Below the pieces are notes generated by a model. That model searched no databases. It saw nothing but the letters and a program-made list of their open reading frames with translations, and had not been told where the DNA came from. A stretch of 60,945 nucleotides of DNA. It comes from Thermoguttaceae bacterium. Its GTDB lineage: Bacteria; Planctomycetota; Planctomycetia; Pirellulales; Thermoguttaceae. Shown here piece after piece: positions 27,496 through 37,228 of this stretch. Made by a program: the position numbers and the translations under genes. Every line of letters begins with the position of its first letter. The stretch's first letter is position 1. The stretch is from contig JAQVKF010000001.1 of NCBI GenBank assembly GCA_028694795.1, forward strand, positions 1 to 60,945. The letters run 5' to 3'.

Positions 27496-28005
27496 TCAAT
27501 CGTCATTGATTCCAAATGTTTCGTGATCATCGTCGTCATCATCGCTGCCAAGTGGATTTTCGATATCTAAAACGGCCGCTTGGGCCGACTTTCCACCATA
27601 GCAAACGGCCATGAGACCAGGGAAATAACGGTCGGTCGTCGAAATGCCATAGAGCGTCATTTGACGAACCATCGCGGGTACCAGTTCCCCGCCCTCTACA
27701 TCAATCGACGCTTTATACCGCACTTCACCATCATCAAAATCCATCTCAAAGTTACCGATGATGATCCCATAATTCGCTCGTGTTAGGAACTCTGAAACCT
27801 CGCTGCGATACGCTTCAGGTACATGTTGGGGCACAATGGTATAAACGATGAGCTGGGATTCCGCCTCTTTTACATCAAAAACAAGTTGATAGGAGGAATG
27901 TTTCGCACTGATACCAGCGAGAAAAATATCCCGATCGGAACGTTTTTCATATTTCCAATCATCATCATCCAAAAAACTCTGGACTACATCGCTAAGATTT
28001 TGCAT
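27496..28005 (-). CDS. YbjN-domain protein (putative sensory-transduction/chaperone-like) with a poly-Asp C-terminus
   Basis: The overall pattern (DDDWKYEK...F..GISAKHSSYQLVFDV...LIVYT...ANYGIIIGNFEMDFDDGEVRYK...) resembles the YbjN family. The ORF is open to 28071, but the Met at 28005 (MQNLSDVV...) is the more plausible start. Confidence 0.65.
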   Translation of the reverse strand: MQNLSDVVQSFLDDDDWKYEKRSDRDIFLAGISAKHSSYQLVFDVKEAESQLIVYTIVPQHVPEAYRSEVSEFLTRANYGIIIGNFEMDFDDGEVRYKASIDVEGGELVPAMVRQMTLYGISTTDRYFPGLMAVCYGGKSAQAAVLDIENPLGSDDDDDDHETFGINDD

Positions 28006-28991
28006 ATCCGGGGCCTTTCTTGCTGGAGGACACGTAGTGGAATCCCAACGATAGCGTAAGGATTCCGCCAATTTACCGCATACTGAATTTTGACAAAGTA
28101 AGGGTACCGCACAGATTTAAGGTCGTATGAGGATCTATCCTATTTATCTGAAAATCTTGCGGCGAGTGGACCGCGATAACCACACTGCCATGGCAACCAA
28201 TGAGACGCCAACATGATTCCATAGGTCCAAACTTGATCGAAGGATTCCAGATACAATCGGAAACCAAGTCGGAAGGATCATTCATCCACGCTACAACGCC
28301 TGCGTCCCAATTATAGATGGCGTTAATTTAATATGAAAGGCGGTTCTCCCAATTTTTTTGTTTTTTTCATAGAACGTTCCATCAGTTTCCAACACGGACG
28401 TTCAGTTGTCCTTTCGGTCTGCAAAAAGTCCCTGCTTTTGGGAAATTTACGACGGTCATGGAGGTGGTTCATCATGGGGACCTTTGGAAGGGAGGGGCTG
28501 GATATTTCCGCCCAAATGGGTACCATTATGTTTTAGACTTTTGGTGCATTCGGGACGGTATCTCTTTTTCCGCGAGTGATCGCTACGAGTGGGAGTACTG
28601 CAAATGTGAGCTTGCCGAGTTCTGGAGAAACTCGTCGATAAGTGTTGACGTTGGAACTCCCAAGTGCTGCAACCAAAAGAGCCTTTCTACGAAAGGTCAC
28701 AGATGGAAATATTTGGGCGATCATGCGAAGAAGCACCACAAATGTGACCGATACGAATTTCCGATGAAAATATTCGAGCGGTATCGCTTTATCATGATGC
28801 CTTGCTGGGCCACGCCCTACGGCATCAAACGGATGCTGATGGGAACCCTAGTTCGGGAAAATTTATCGGGTTGAGGTATCCGTACTATTGGAAAAGGTAT
28901 CCCAATGCCGATAGACTCAAAATCGATGGGTGTCATCGATAAGCCATAGATTTTTGACCTCACCACCAATTTTTTACAGGAATTCACAGCG

Positions 28992-30089
28992 ATGGAAAAG
29001 CGGGTTTACAATTTTTCACCAGGTCCAGCCGTCCTTCCACTTCCAGTTCTTGAGATCGCTCAGCGAGATCTTTTGGCTCTGCCTGGAACTGGTATTTCGA
29101 TTTTGGAAATTAGTCACCGATCCAAAGCGTTTGGCGCGATTATTGAATCGGCGGAAGCGAATTTCCGAAAATTGTACAATCTGCCGGAGAACTATCGCGT
29201 GATGTTCTTGCAGGGTGGTGCGTCGATGCAATTCGCCATGTTACCGATGAATTTGTTGCGTAACACGGGCAAGTCTGCCGACTTTGTGGTTACGGGGACG
29301 TGGTCGAAAAAAGCGGCTGAGGAATCGGCCAAATTCGGTAAGGTGAACGTTGTCTGGAATGGTAAGCCGGAAAATTTCGTGCGTAAACCACTGCCGCAGG
29401 ACCTGACGTTTGACGCGGATGCCGCTTACGCTTACGTCTGCTCGAACGAAACGATTCAGGGTATTCAATATCCAGCGGACGCATTTCCGAAGACTGGCAA
29501 TGTGCCGATGCTGTGTGACGCGTCGTCGGATGTCTTCTGTCGTCCACTCAATCTGTCGCAATTCGGCGTTTATTTTGCCTGTGCTCAGAAAAACGCGGGC
29601 CCGGCGGGTGTTACGGTAGTGGCGATGCGTGATGACCTCGTGGAACGTTCGACGGACGATCTGCCCACGATGCTCAGCTACAAAAATATGGCTGAAAACA
29701 ACTCGTTGTTCAACACGCCGCCGACCTTCGGTATCTATGTCTTCAAACTCATCACCGATTGGTTGTTGGAGATGGGTGGTCTGAGCAAGATGGAAGAGAT
29801 CAATAAGCGTAAAGCGGGTTATCTGTACGACGCGATTGACCATTCGAATGGATTTTATACCGGTCATGCGCACCGAGAGTGCCGTTCGACGATGAATGTG
29901 GCTTTCCGTATGCCGAACGACGAACTTCAGGCTGCATTCCTTGAGGGAGCTAAGACGCGGGATTTGGTCGAATTGAAGGGGCACCGAAGCGTCGGTGGTT
30001 GTCGTGCCAGCATTTACAACGCCATGCCGGAAGAAGGGGTTAAACGTCTTGCCGATTGGATGAACGAGTTCTACGACAAGAACAAATAA
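28992..30089 (+). CDS. serC: Phosphoserine aminotransferase
   Basis: YNFSPGPAVLPLPVLE...ISHRSK.F..I...NYRVMFLQGGASMQF... Length 365 aa, collinear with SerC throughout. Confidence 0.95.
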   Translation: MEKRVYNFSPGPAVLPLPVLEIAQRDLLALPGTGISILEISHRSKAFGAIIESAEANFRKLYNLPENYRVMFLQGGASMQFAMLPMNLLRNTGKSADFVVTGTWSKKAAEESAKFGKVNVVWNGKPENFVRKPLPQDLTFDADAAYAYVCSNETIQGIQYPADAFPKTGNVPMLCDASSDVFCRPLNLSQFGVYFACAQKNAGPAGVTVVAMRDDLVERSTDDLPTMLSYKNMAENNSLFNTPPTFGIYVFKLITDWLLEMGGLSKMEEINKRKAGYLYDAIDHSNGFYTGHAHRECRSTMNVAFRMPNDELQAAFLEGAKTRDLVELKGHRSVGGCRASIYNAMPEEGVKRLADWMNEFYDKNK

Positions 30090-30360
30090 GGAAGTGAGAG
30101 TCTTCATCTGGATGCCGCAATCTGGTGCAAAAACGCGATGTGGCGTCCATGCCGTAATGCTGTAGAGTATCGGCTGACGTGATGATTCGTTTTGGCGGAC
30201 CGGGGGGGATGCGGCAGCGAGTGATCGTTGCCGTGGTGCGGTTTTGTGCTGTTCAGACGGTCACTTTGGTCTCAGGGGCCACCTTTGTGATACCGATATA
30301 CCGACTCCGATCCCCACACGACACCGTCCGATTTTCACATTTCGAGGTGGCTGACTGTTT

Positions 30361-31032
30361 TTATGGAGGCGATAGTTGGGGTTGAACTATCTGTCGTATG
30401 GCTTTTTGTATTTCTTCGATCGAACCTTCCGCGGAGAGTACGTGGTAGCGATGTGGTTGACGGGCCGCTTCTGTGAGGAAACCTTTGCGCACACGCTCAA
30501 AAAATGATTCGCCGCGGCTTTCGAGCCGATCACGCACTGTACCGACACGTGCCAACGAGACCTTGACCGGTAAATCGAGTACAATCCCTACATCGGGTGT
30601 AATTCCTCCGGTCGCAATTTGCCCAATTTGCCAAATAGATGCTGGATCACAAAGCGAACTAGGTGTGCAGTTCGAATTTTCGAGTGTGGGGCTGGGGCCG
30701 GAACTATTTGGAGCGAATCCATATCCTTGGTAGACGACGTTGGAGAGCAGAAATCGGTCGGCCAATACGAGCTGCTTTGCATTCAGGGCGGGGCGAACCA
30801 CTTCTTCCACGAGCTGTGCGCGACAGGTCATGTAGAGCAACATTTCGGTTCGAGGATCAATACGCAGATCGCGGCTGTGGAGCAAAATGTCACGAAGTTT
30901 TTCGCCCAACGCGGTTCCACCTGGATCGCGACAGGTGACCACATCGTACGATTGTTGTCGCAACCACTCGGCCAAGAGTCGAAGCTGGGTGGTTTTTCCC
31001 GCGCCGTCACAGCCGTCAATCGATAGAAACAT
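30361..31032 (-). CDS. tmk: dTMP (thymidylate) kinase
   Basis: MFLSIDGCDGAGKTTQ...RDPGGT..GE.LR P-loop and DRF motifs. The ORF is open to 31188, but that extension overlaps the next gene. The ATG at 31032 gives a canonical N-terminus. Confidence 0.9.
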   Translation of the reverse strand: MFLSIDGCDGAGKTTQLRLLAEWLRQQSYDVVTCRDPGGTALGEKLRDILLHSRDLRIDPRTEMLLYMTCRAQLVEEVVRPALNAKQLVLADRFLLSNVVYQGYGFAPNSSGPSPTLENSNCTPSSLCDPASIWQIGQIATGGITPDVGIVLDLPVKVSLARVGTVRDRLESRGESFFERVRKGFLTEAARQPHRYHVLSAEGSIEEIQKAIRQIVQPQLSPP

Positions 31033-31151
31033 TTTTCCTGCCTTCTTGGAAAGGGGCAAATATCCCGCTACCATCTTGACCGTTACGTCAATATTTCGAG
31101 TCCAACGTAATACGATTGCATCCACGTGGTATTGGCCGCACCTGTGCCACA

Positions 31152-32105
31152 TTACTGTTGCGTTTGGTTGATTTGTTCCATGATCCACTGGTTGATATCG
31201 TGTAACATGGCCGGTCGCAATTCATTTCCCCATGGATAATGCCGCAACGTGACATCAAATCCTGCCGTGTGGAGCAGCTTTAGGTCGTCGCAAACACGCG
31301 GCGCGGGATATTGGGACGTATTGGCTCCAGCCCCAAGAAACACAGTCAACTGGCGAGCGTGGGACCAATTCTGAAGGGGGGAACCGCTACGCGGCATCGG
31401 CCCATTGATCGAAAGAACTCCAGTAAAAAATTCGGGATGCCCCATGGCCATACGCATGGCAAATGTGCCACCGCAATCGAAACCTCCGATGAAAACGCGA
31501 TTTTGCGCAATATGATACTTGCGTTTCGCTTCATCAATAGCGTTAAAAATTCGCCGCTCCGCCTCATGAAACGGACTACACAAAACACACCTATTCAGAG
31601 CGATCGGCTCGCCTGTTTCTTTCATTTTCTGCGAGGTTTTGACGTCAATCGCGTCCGTAGGTTTGGACGATAAACGGTTCGAAACGGAACCTTGCGGACG
31701 GGATAGAATATTCGGGGTGCCGTAATCGCACCACCCACGCAACGAGCCGCCATCCACTCGCAGACCGCGCGGCGCGATAGCTACATAATTCCGAAGACTG
31801 ATTTCCGGCATAATCGACAAAAGCGTCTGTTCGCTTTCGCCAAGACCATGAAGCCATATGAGTAGCGGATAACGATAATTCGGCTCATAGTGCAACGGGC
31901 CAAAGCATAACGATGCGTCTTCACCATCACGTGTGAAGATGGAGGCATCAAAAATCCGCGGCTGTACTTGTTTGCCAACGACGGATTGAGGTACACGAGA
32001 AACTGAGTGCGAATGTGGCTGCATATCACAAGTTCCGGAAAGGCTAACGTCTGTCAAATGGATCGTCTTACGGCAATGCCCTGGACAAACCTCGTAAAAC
32101 GCCAT
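31152..32105 (-). CDS. Alpha/beta-hydrolase-fold protein (phospholipase/carboxylesterase-like) with a non-canonical nucleophile elbow
   Basis: PLLIWLHGLGESEQ... and ...RVFIGGFDCGGTFAMRMA... resemble PF02230-type esterases, but GFDCG replaces GxSxG. The start codon is uncertain (several in-frame Met). Confidence 0.7.
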   Translation of the reverse strand: MAFYEVCPGHCRKTIHLTDVSLSGTCDMQPHSHSVSRVPQSVVGKQVQPRIFDASIFTRDGEDASLCFGPLHYEPNYRYPLLIWLHGLGESEQTLLSIMPEISLRNYVAIAPRGLRVDGGSLRGWCDYGTPNILSRPQGSVSNRLSSKPTDAIDVKTSQKMKETGEPIALNRCVLCSPFHEAERRIFNAIDEAKRKYHIAQNRVFIGGFDCGGTFAMRMAMGHPEFFTGVLSINGPMPRSGSPLQNWSHARQLTVFLGAGANTSQYPAPRVCDDLKLLHTAGFDVTLRHYPWGNELRPAMLHDINQWIMEQINQTQQ

Positions 32106-33336
32106 TATAAAAAAGTATTTTCACAACTCGGCCCAACACACAATATCCACCCCATTCGAATAAAACAACAATTAGTGGGCAAAAGCTCAAAATCCCTGAA
32201 TTCAAATGGCTCAGAATGTGTCTGACGGACAATGAGGACTGTACGAAGAACGGGCTTCGTTGTCAACGGATATTTTTTGCCCTTTTTACGATGCGGGGAG
32301 ACCCCCCTGATTCCTTGCTCGATCCATAAAACAAGGAACATCGGAACCTCTTACCCAATCGGTACACCGTCTACATTATCCCCAAAAAAACGCGAATGCA
32401 AACATTTTGGAAAAGATTTTTCGGAAAAATCGGTCGCTACCCCAAAAAATAAGCCGCTACCCCAAGGTCATCAATAACCCAAAGCAACGGCCTTACAACA
32501 CTCCCACGGACAAGACACCCACAGGCCTCTTGCTCTCACGGAGCAAACTTTACCTCTCGTCGAGCACCTCTTTCTCGCCAGAATCCAAACCACCCCGATA
32601 GAAAAGTATCGACAACAATCCGTCAGAACCATTTACCTAGGAACATATTTTTAGCAAAATACATACCCATAAATGGAACACTCCAGCGAAATCCGACGCT
32701 CGAACTCGGAAATTATCTCTTATTTACGGTGACGAATTCTCGAACGCATACGTCGTTTTTTTCGTCCTAATTTCCGCCGTCCCTTACCTGTCTGTTTAAC
32801 GCCCACGGCAAACCTCAACTTATTCTTTTAGGTTTATCGAAATGAGAGAAACTTACGAACGGCACACTCACCGCATTGAAATCATTTCACACCACGATCT
32901 ACCGACCACATTTACTGCATTGCCATTCCCAGACGAAAGCCGCTCGCCTTCGAACAAAAACGACCTCTCCAAGCAGCAGGTGCGCAACAATTTTCTCCGA
33001 AGCCCTCTTACCCCTAACTATTCACCGACAACAAACATCTTTCTCATTCCAACGAAAAAGGCAGACTCGCCTTGCAGCCTCGTCGTCTTGACCGAAAAAC
33101 TGCCGAACGTACCATCCCCCAATTCCGACTGGAACTGTCGCATTATATCCTGTTTGCGATTGTTTCGCAAGCAGTAGCATCGCCGAGTTTCTCAAAAATG
33201 TTTACCTGCACCGCCAGACTTTACCGCACTTACTGTATCTGCGCATTTTGTCCCATCATATCGCAAAATTACCTTTGGCCGTTCAAAAAATGAATTTTGG
33301 AAAATTCTTATCGGTGCAAGAGGTAAGCCGGATAGC

Positions 33337-34818
33337 CTAATCCGATTCCAGCGTGCGTAACCGTACATGACGAATTGCGCCGTGGGAGAACCAGGTTGCG
33401 AAACCGAGTGGACGCATCAGTTCCTGTTGAGGCCATACGCTAAAAGTACGTCCTTCCCGCTCCAAGTTAATGAGCGGCGTCTCTTCCTTCGCATCATCGG
33501 CTTGAATACCGCTTCCGGTGTCCGCTTTCGATTCCTTTGTGGTACGTTCCTTTTCGCTTTGAGCAAAAATCTCAATCCGTTCGTCGCTCACCCGTAAACG
33601 AAAATCATACCAAAGATCGTTTTCAAACAATAGGTAACAGGTGGTCGGATTTTCGACAGCTGGCTGACCATCGACGTTGGAAAGCCCACAAACGCCGCCC
33701 CCCCAACCACCGGGAACAAATGTCACAAACTCTTTGCCGACCGGAAAGGTAACCGCCGCGAAAAAATCGTCGCCTTCCAATCGCTTTGCCTCGAAATTCA
33801 GTTCGTAATTCGTTGTCGGTAGCTCGGTTGCTCCAACATACTGAATACCGGTCATTGATTCGCCAACATCCAGATGTAATTCGCCATCTCGTTCCGGAAG
33901 ATATCCCTCGACATCCAATGCGTTTTCGTGACCTGGTCGCAATGCCACTTCGCCATGATGTTCAAAATACGAAATATCCACGATTTTCCAACCATCTAGC
34001 GTTTTCCCATCGAATAACACCCGCTCGCATGGGGACGAATCAGACACGGCCGCTGTTCGCGGATTGGAAACGCTGACCGATTCGTCCTCCGTTCCATGCT
34101 TCTCAGTTTCTTCCATTGGTAATGGAGTGGGCTTTCCGTCATCCGTGATGCGTCGCATACGAATATTTCGGACCAGTGCGCTGGTACACCATGTGCCAAT
34201 TCCCATCGGTTCACAACAACTTGATTCGAATCGGGTTGAAAGTTTCTGATAATCAACCTTAAAATCAACAAATTGCTCGTCATCGATAAAACACTCGATC
34301 CGGCGATGGTTGACGCGAATACGAATTTGGTACCACTGGTTATTTTTGAAGGAATGCCACGTACTGGTCGAATTCTCCGACGCATCCATACGATCAATAC
34401 TGGAAATGCCGACGAGTCCACCGCCCCAACCGCCGACTACAAATGAACAGTATTCGTCGCCAACAGGAAACGTGGTGGTTGCGAAAAAATCGGAACCGTC
34501 CAGTCGCATAGCCTCGAGTTCCAACTCGTATTGGTCCGTTGGAAAATCACCGCGATCATAGGTGATACTGTTCAAAGTAGCACCTGCGTTTAAGCGTATT
34601 GCTCCTTCCTCAACGCACACGGTACCCTCGTCGCCGACTTTTCTCAACTTCCAACCATCCAGCGTTTTTCCATCGAAAAGCGTTTTCCATCCTTGTTGAC
34701 GAGTTTCTGGTGTGGTTTGCGAATTCGATTCCGCATAGGTGTTCGGTATCCAAACGTGACCGAATGCGGTGAACAAAAGTAATATGGTGAAAATTAATGC
34801 ACGCATGGTGTTTCTCAT
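33337..34818 (-). CDS. Secreted protein with two DUF1080 (3-keto-disaccharide-hydrolase-like, concanavalin-type) domains
   Basis: The hallmark motif occurs twice: GWKTLFDGKTLDGWK... and VLFDGKTLDGWKIV... Each is followed by a ...GGWGGG...N..W....IRV...RIE.F... body. The start is placed at Met 34818 (MRNTMRALIFTILLLFTAFG signal). The ORF is open to 35019, which would overlap the upstream gene. Confidence 0.85.
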   Translation of the reverse strand: MRNTMRALIFTILLLFTAFGHVWIPNTYAESNSQTTPETRQQGWKTLFDGKTLDGWKLRKVGDEGTVCVEEGAIRLNAGATLNSITYDRGDFPTDQYELELEAMRLDGSDFFATTTFPVGDEYCSFVVGGWGGGLVGISSIDRMDASENSTSTWHSFKNNQWYQIRIRVNHRRIECFIDDEQFVDFKVDYQKLSTRFESSCCEPMGIGTWCTSALVRNIRMRRITDDGKPTPLPMEETEKHGTEDESVSVSNPRTAAVSDSSPCERVLFDGKTLDGWKIVDISYFEHHGEVALRPGHENALDVEGYLPERDGELHLDVGESMTGIQYVGATELPTTNYELNFEAKRLEGDDFFAAVTFPVGKEFVTFVPGGWGGGVCGLSNVDGQPAVENPTTCYLLFENDLWYDFRLRVSDERIEIFAQSEKERTTKESKADTGSGIQADDAKEETPLINLEREGRTFSVWPQQELMRPLGFATWFSHGAIRHVRLRTLESD

Positions 34819-35003
34819 TTTTTTGAATACCTTTGAAGCCAGAGGTTTTTTTGTGATATTGATTCTATGGTTTCTATGTTGACACTCTCGATTTTGGGAA
34901 GAAAAAATCACTTCCGCTAAGTTTTCATCTATCCCATTTTTAATCAATAGGGTGTATATGTTCAATTGATTTTTCAAGTGTGGCGAACGCTCTCGCAGGG
35001 CCG

Positions 35004-37187
35004 TTATTGGGCGATCCATCGTATCGCATCGACAATCACATATCCATTCGTATCTTGGGTACCGATGGTGATGGTGGCTTTTTTTTCCACGGCAATGGTG
35101 CCGAGTGAAACGAATAAACCGTCGATCGGAGGTACGACACGCTCATTCACTGTGATAGTGTTTTTTTGACCATTGATATTCATTTCTACAGGTATATTGG
35201 TCGCACGATTTGCGTGTGTGGAATACGCCATTTGGACGTCATATTTTCCCGGTTTCGGTACTGTTATTTCAAAAATAATCGACTTCTCGCCTTTCGATTC
35301 ATTTGCGTCATGAAGGTAATCGGTATCGACAAAAGGTCGAATAGACGCGGCAGAAATCCATGTTCCAACCTTTTTCGCGTCTCGGTTATCCATGACCGTC
35401 CCGATTATTTTTTTAGAATCAATATCCACCTTCGTGGGTTGCGACTCCCACGATAACACCTGCCCATCAGTAATCAAACGTTCACGTAACATTTCATAAG
35501 GCAAATCTTGAGGAGCAACCTTGGCGTCTAGCGACATACACGCCGCCGTTGCCGCACTTTGGCCGAGGAGCATAAAAACGGGTTCCATTCGAATCGACCC
35601 ATAAGCGATATGGGTACAACTGACACATACGGGCACGAGTAGGTTTTCACACTCCGCTTTTTTGGGCAATAACGCACCATAATCAATCGGATACGGACCG
35701 CCCGGATTGACCTGGACGTCGCCCTCATTTCGGACCGTCGCCACGCCATCCTCACCGATCACCACATGGCGTTGAATATGGTGAGAATCCATATTATACG
35801 ATCCCATACCGACTGGTCGCAGGGTCGGATCTATTTGGCGTAAATGGCGTTCACTCACGACGAAATCGCCGATCATCCGGCGACCTTCACGGATGTACAG
35901 CGTATACGGCCAATAACCGTTATCCGAAAATTCGTCTTTCGATAATCCCCATGGCTCAAATTCACGACGAATAGCTTCGGGTACACGCGGATGATTTCGC
36001 AGTGTCCACATGAGTCCCTGTTGCCACGCGAGATGTTTTTTGTACATGTCTTGACGATCGGTGTACGAACCATCAGGCCAATTGTAATTTTGTCCAATGA
36101 AGTCGGTCGAAACCGCGAAGTTGTTATTCGAATCGGTTTTTGCGTTTGGCATGGGCGAAAATGTGCAAAAAGCCTTTTGTCCCGCTTCAATTGATCGGAA
36201 AAGCAGTTCATAATTTCGCTCGTCGTAGTTCGCAGGTTTTTCGATCTCGACACGATTTTCCGGGGCGTTTGTCAAACACATTCGAAAACAATACGCTTGG
36301 ATTTTCGAATCGGCGTCACCATCCTGACCTTCGAGTGGTGGATTGACCATAGGCAATAAACCACTTGTTGGATTTCCTGGTTCGATGTACGGATCAACAG
36401 GTCCTGCGAATTGGTGGTAAATCGCATGTTCCACCTGACGTCCGTTGAGTGTTTCACCATACTGCGCGTTGCTTTCACGCCCAACCATGTATGAAATACC
36501 AGCCGCGGCGAAAAGATCACCCTCATAAGTGGCGTCGATAAACATTTTACCCGTAAACAGACGTCCATCTAGCATTTGAATAGATCGGATTTGGGACCCC
36601 TCCTTGCAGACTCCATTTTCACGATCCAAATAGGCTTCACGAAAGACCGGAATTTCATACTCTCGAATCAAATCTTCGAAAACTCGTTCCGCGGCAGACG
36701 GTTCGAAGACCCACATCGTTTGTGTGGCGTTATCAATACCACGTCCGCCTTGGCCAGGAATTCCATTTTCTTTAGGCATTTTTTGGAATGTCCAGATGGC
36801 CTCATTTTGATAATGCAGCCATAAACGATGGTAGAAATCTCGCGAAAGTCCACCAATCACGTCACGATTTCCAGAGTCGGTCGCACCGAGTCCAGAACTG
36901 GACAGTCCACCCAAATGTTTTTCCGGAGCGACGATTGCCGCCGTTTTTCCCATTTTTTTAGCTTGAACCGCCGCGATCACGCCCGCTGAGGTTCCACCGT
37001 AAATGACGACGTCGTAGTCTTGGGTGTCGAATTTTTCCACGGCATTGGAGGACGGTGCCTCAGCTTGAAGCTGGGCGGTGGGGATTGCCAACGCGAACGT
37101 CCATATCGAGAGAATAAGTCTGAAGGGGAAAGAATGTTGCATGAAAAACCTCTCCTGTTGGGGTGTCGATGTTGATGTATGTCTCAT
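35004..37187 (-). CDS. FAD-dependent oxidoreductase (FAD_oxidored/PF12831-like) with a C-terminal beta-sandwich binding-like domain
   Basis: A signal-like N-terminus, then YDVVIYGGTSAGVIAAVQAKKMGKTAAIVAPEKHLGGLSSSGLG (GxGxxG dinucleotide fold). The ~130-aa C-terminal domain ends ...GYVIVDAIRWI. The alternative start is Met 37142. Confidence 0.8.
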   Translation of the reverse strand: MRHTSTSTPQQERFFMQHSFPFRLILSIWTFALAIPTAQLQAEAPSSNAVEKFDTQDYDVVIYGGTSAGVIAAVQAKKMGKTAAIVAPEKHLGGLSSSGLGATDSGNRDVIGGLSRDFYHRLWLHYQNEAIWTFQKMPKENGIPGQGGRGIDNATQTMWVFEPSAAERVFEDLIREYEIPVFREAYLDRENGVCKEGSQIRSIQMLDGRLFTGKMFIDATYEGDLFAAAGISYMVGRESNAQYGETLNGRQVEHAIYHQFAGPVDPYIEPGNPTSGLLPMVNPPLEGQDGDADSKIQAYCFRMCLTNAPENRVEIEKPANYDERNYELLFRSIEAGQKAFCTFSPMPNAKTDSNNNFAVSTDFIGQNYNWPDGSYTDRQDMYKKHLAWQQGLMWTLRNHPRVPEAIRREFEPWGLSKDEFSDNGYWPYTLYIREGRRMIGDFVVSERHLRQIDPTLRPVGMGSYNMDSHHIQRHVVIGEDGVATVRNEGDVQVNPGGPYPIDYGALLPKKAECENLLVPVCVSCTHIAYGSIRMEPVFMLLGQSAATAACMSLDAKVAPQDLPYEMLRERLITDGQVLSWESQPTKVDIDSKKIIGTVMDNRDAKKVGTWISAASIRPFVDTDYLHDANESKGEKSIIFEITVPKPGKYDVQMAYSTHANRATNIPVEMNINGQKNTITVNERVVPPIDGLFVSLGTIAVEKKATITIGTQDTNGYVIVDAIRWIAQ

Positions 37188-37228
37188 GAACGTCTATGGA
37201 ATAGGGTGAACACTTGTGCGGTATTCAT

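Noticed and set aside
28072-28991. A search for RNase P RNA, tmRNA, 6S or SRP RNA signatures in the large gaps (also 19331-19759 and 32106-33336).
   Set aside because: I found none of the hallmark motifs: GAGGAAAGTCC...ACAGAACCCGGCTTA for RNase P RNA, or a tRNA-like GGTTCGA-type T-arm with an ACCA end for tmRNA. The absence is by eye only, so a covariance-model scan is still needed.
29241-30107. A 288-aa minus-strand ORF antisense to serC.
   Set aside because: serC on the + strand is full length and canonical. The antisense product is R/H/T-rich with no recognisable domain.
31033-31188. A 52-aa N-terminal extension of the tmk ORF.
   Set aside because: It would overlap the 3' end of the esterase-like gene by 37 nt and adds non-homologous sequence before the P-loop. 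The ATG at 31032 gives a canonical Tmk N-terminus.
34819-35019. An N-terminal extension of the DUF1080 ORF that would overlap the stop of the upstream FAD-oxidoreductase gene.
   Set aside because: The internal Met at 34818 (or 34806) starts a typical signal peptide. The extension has no hydrophobic or conserved character.
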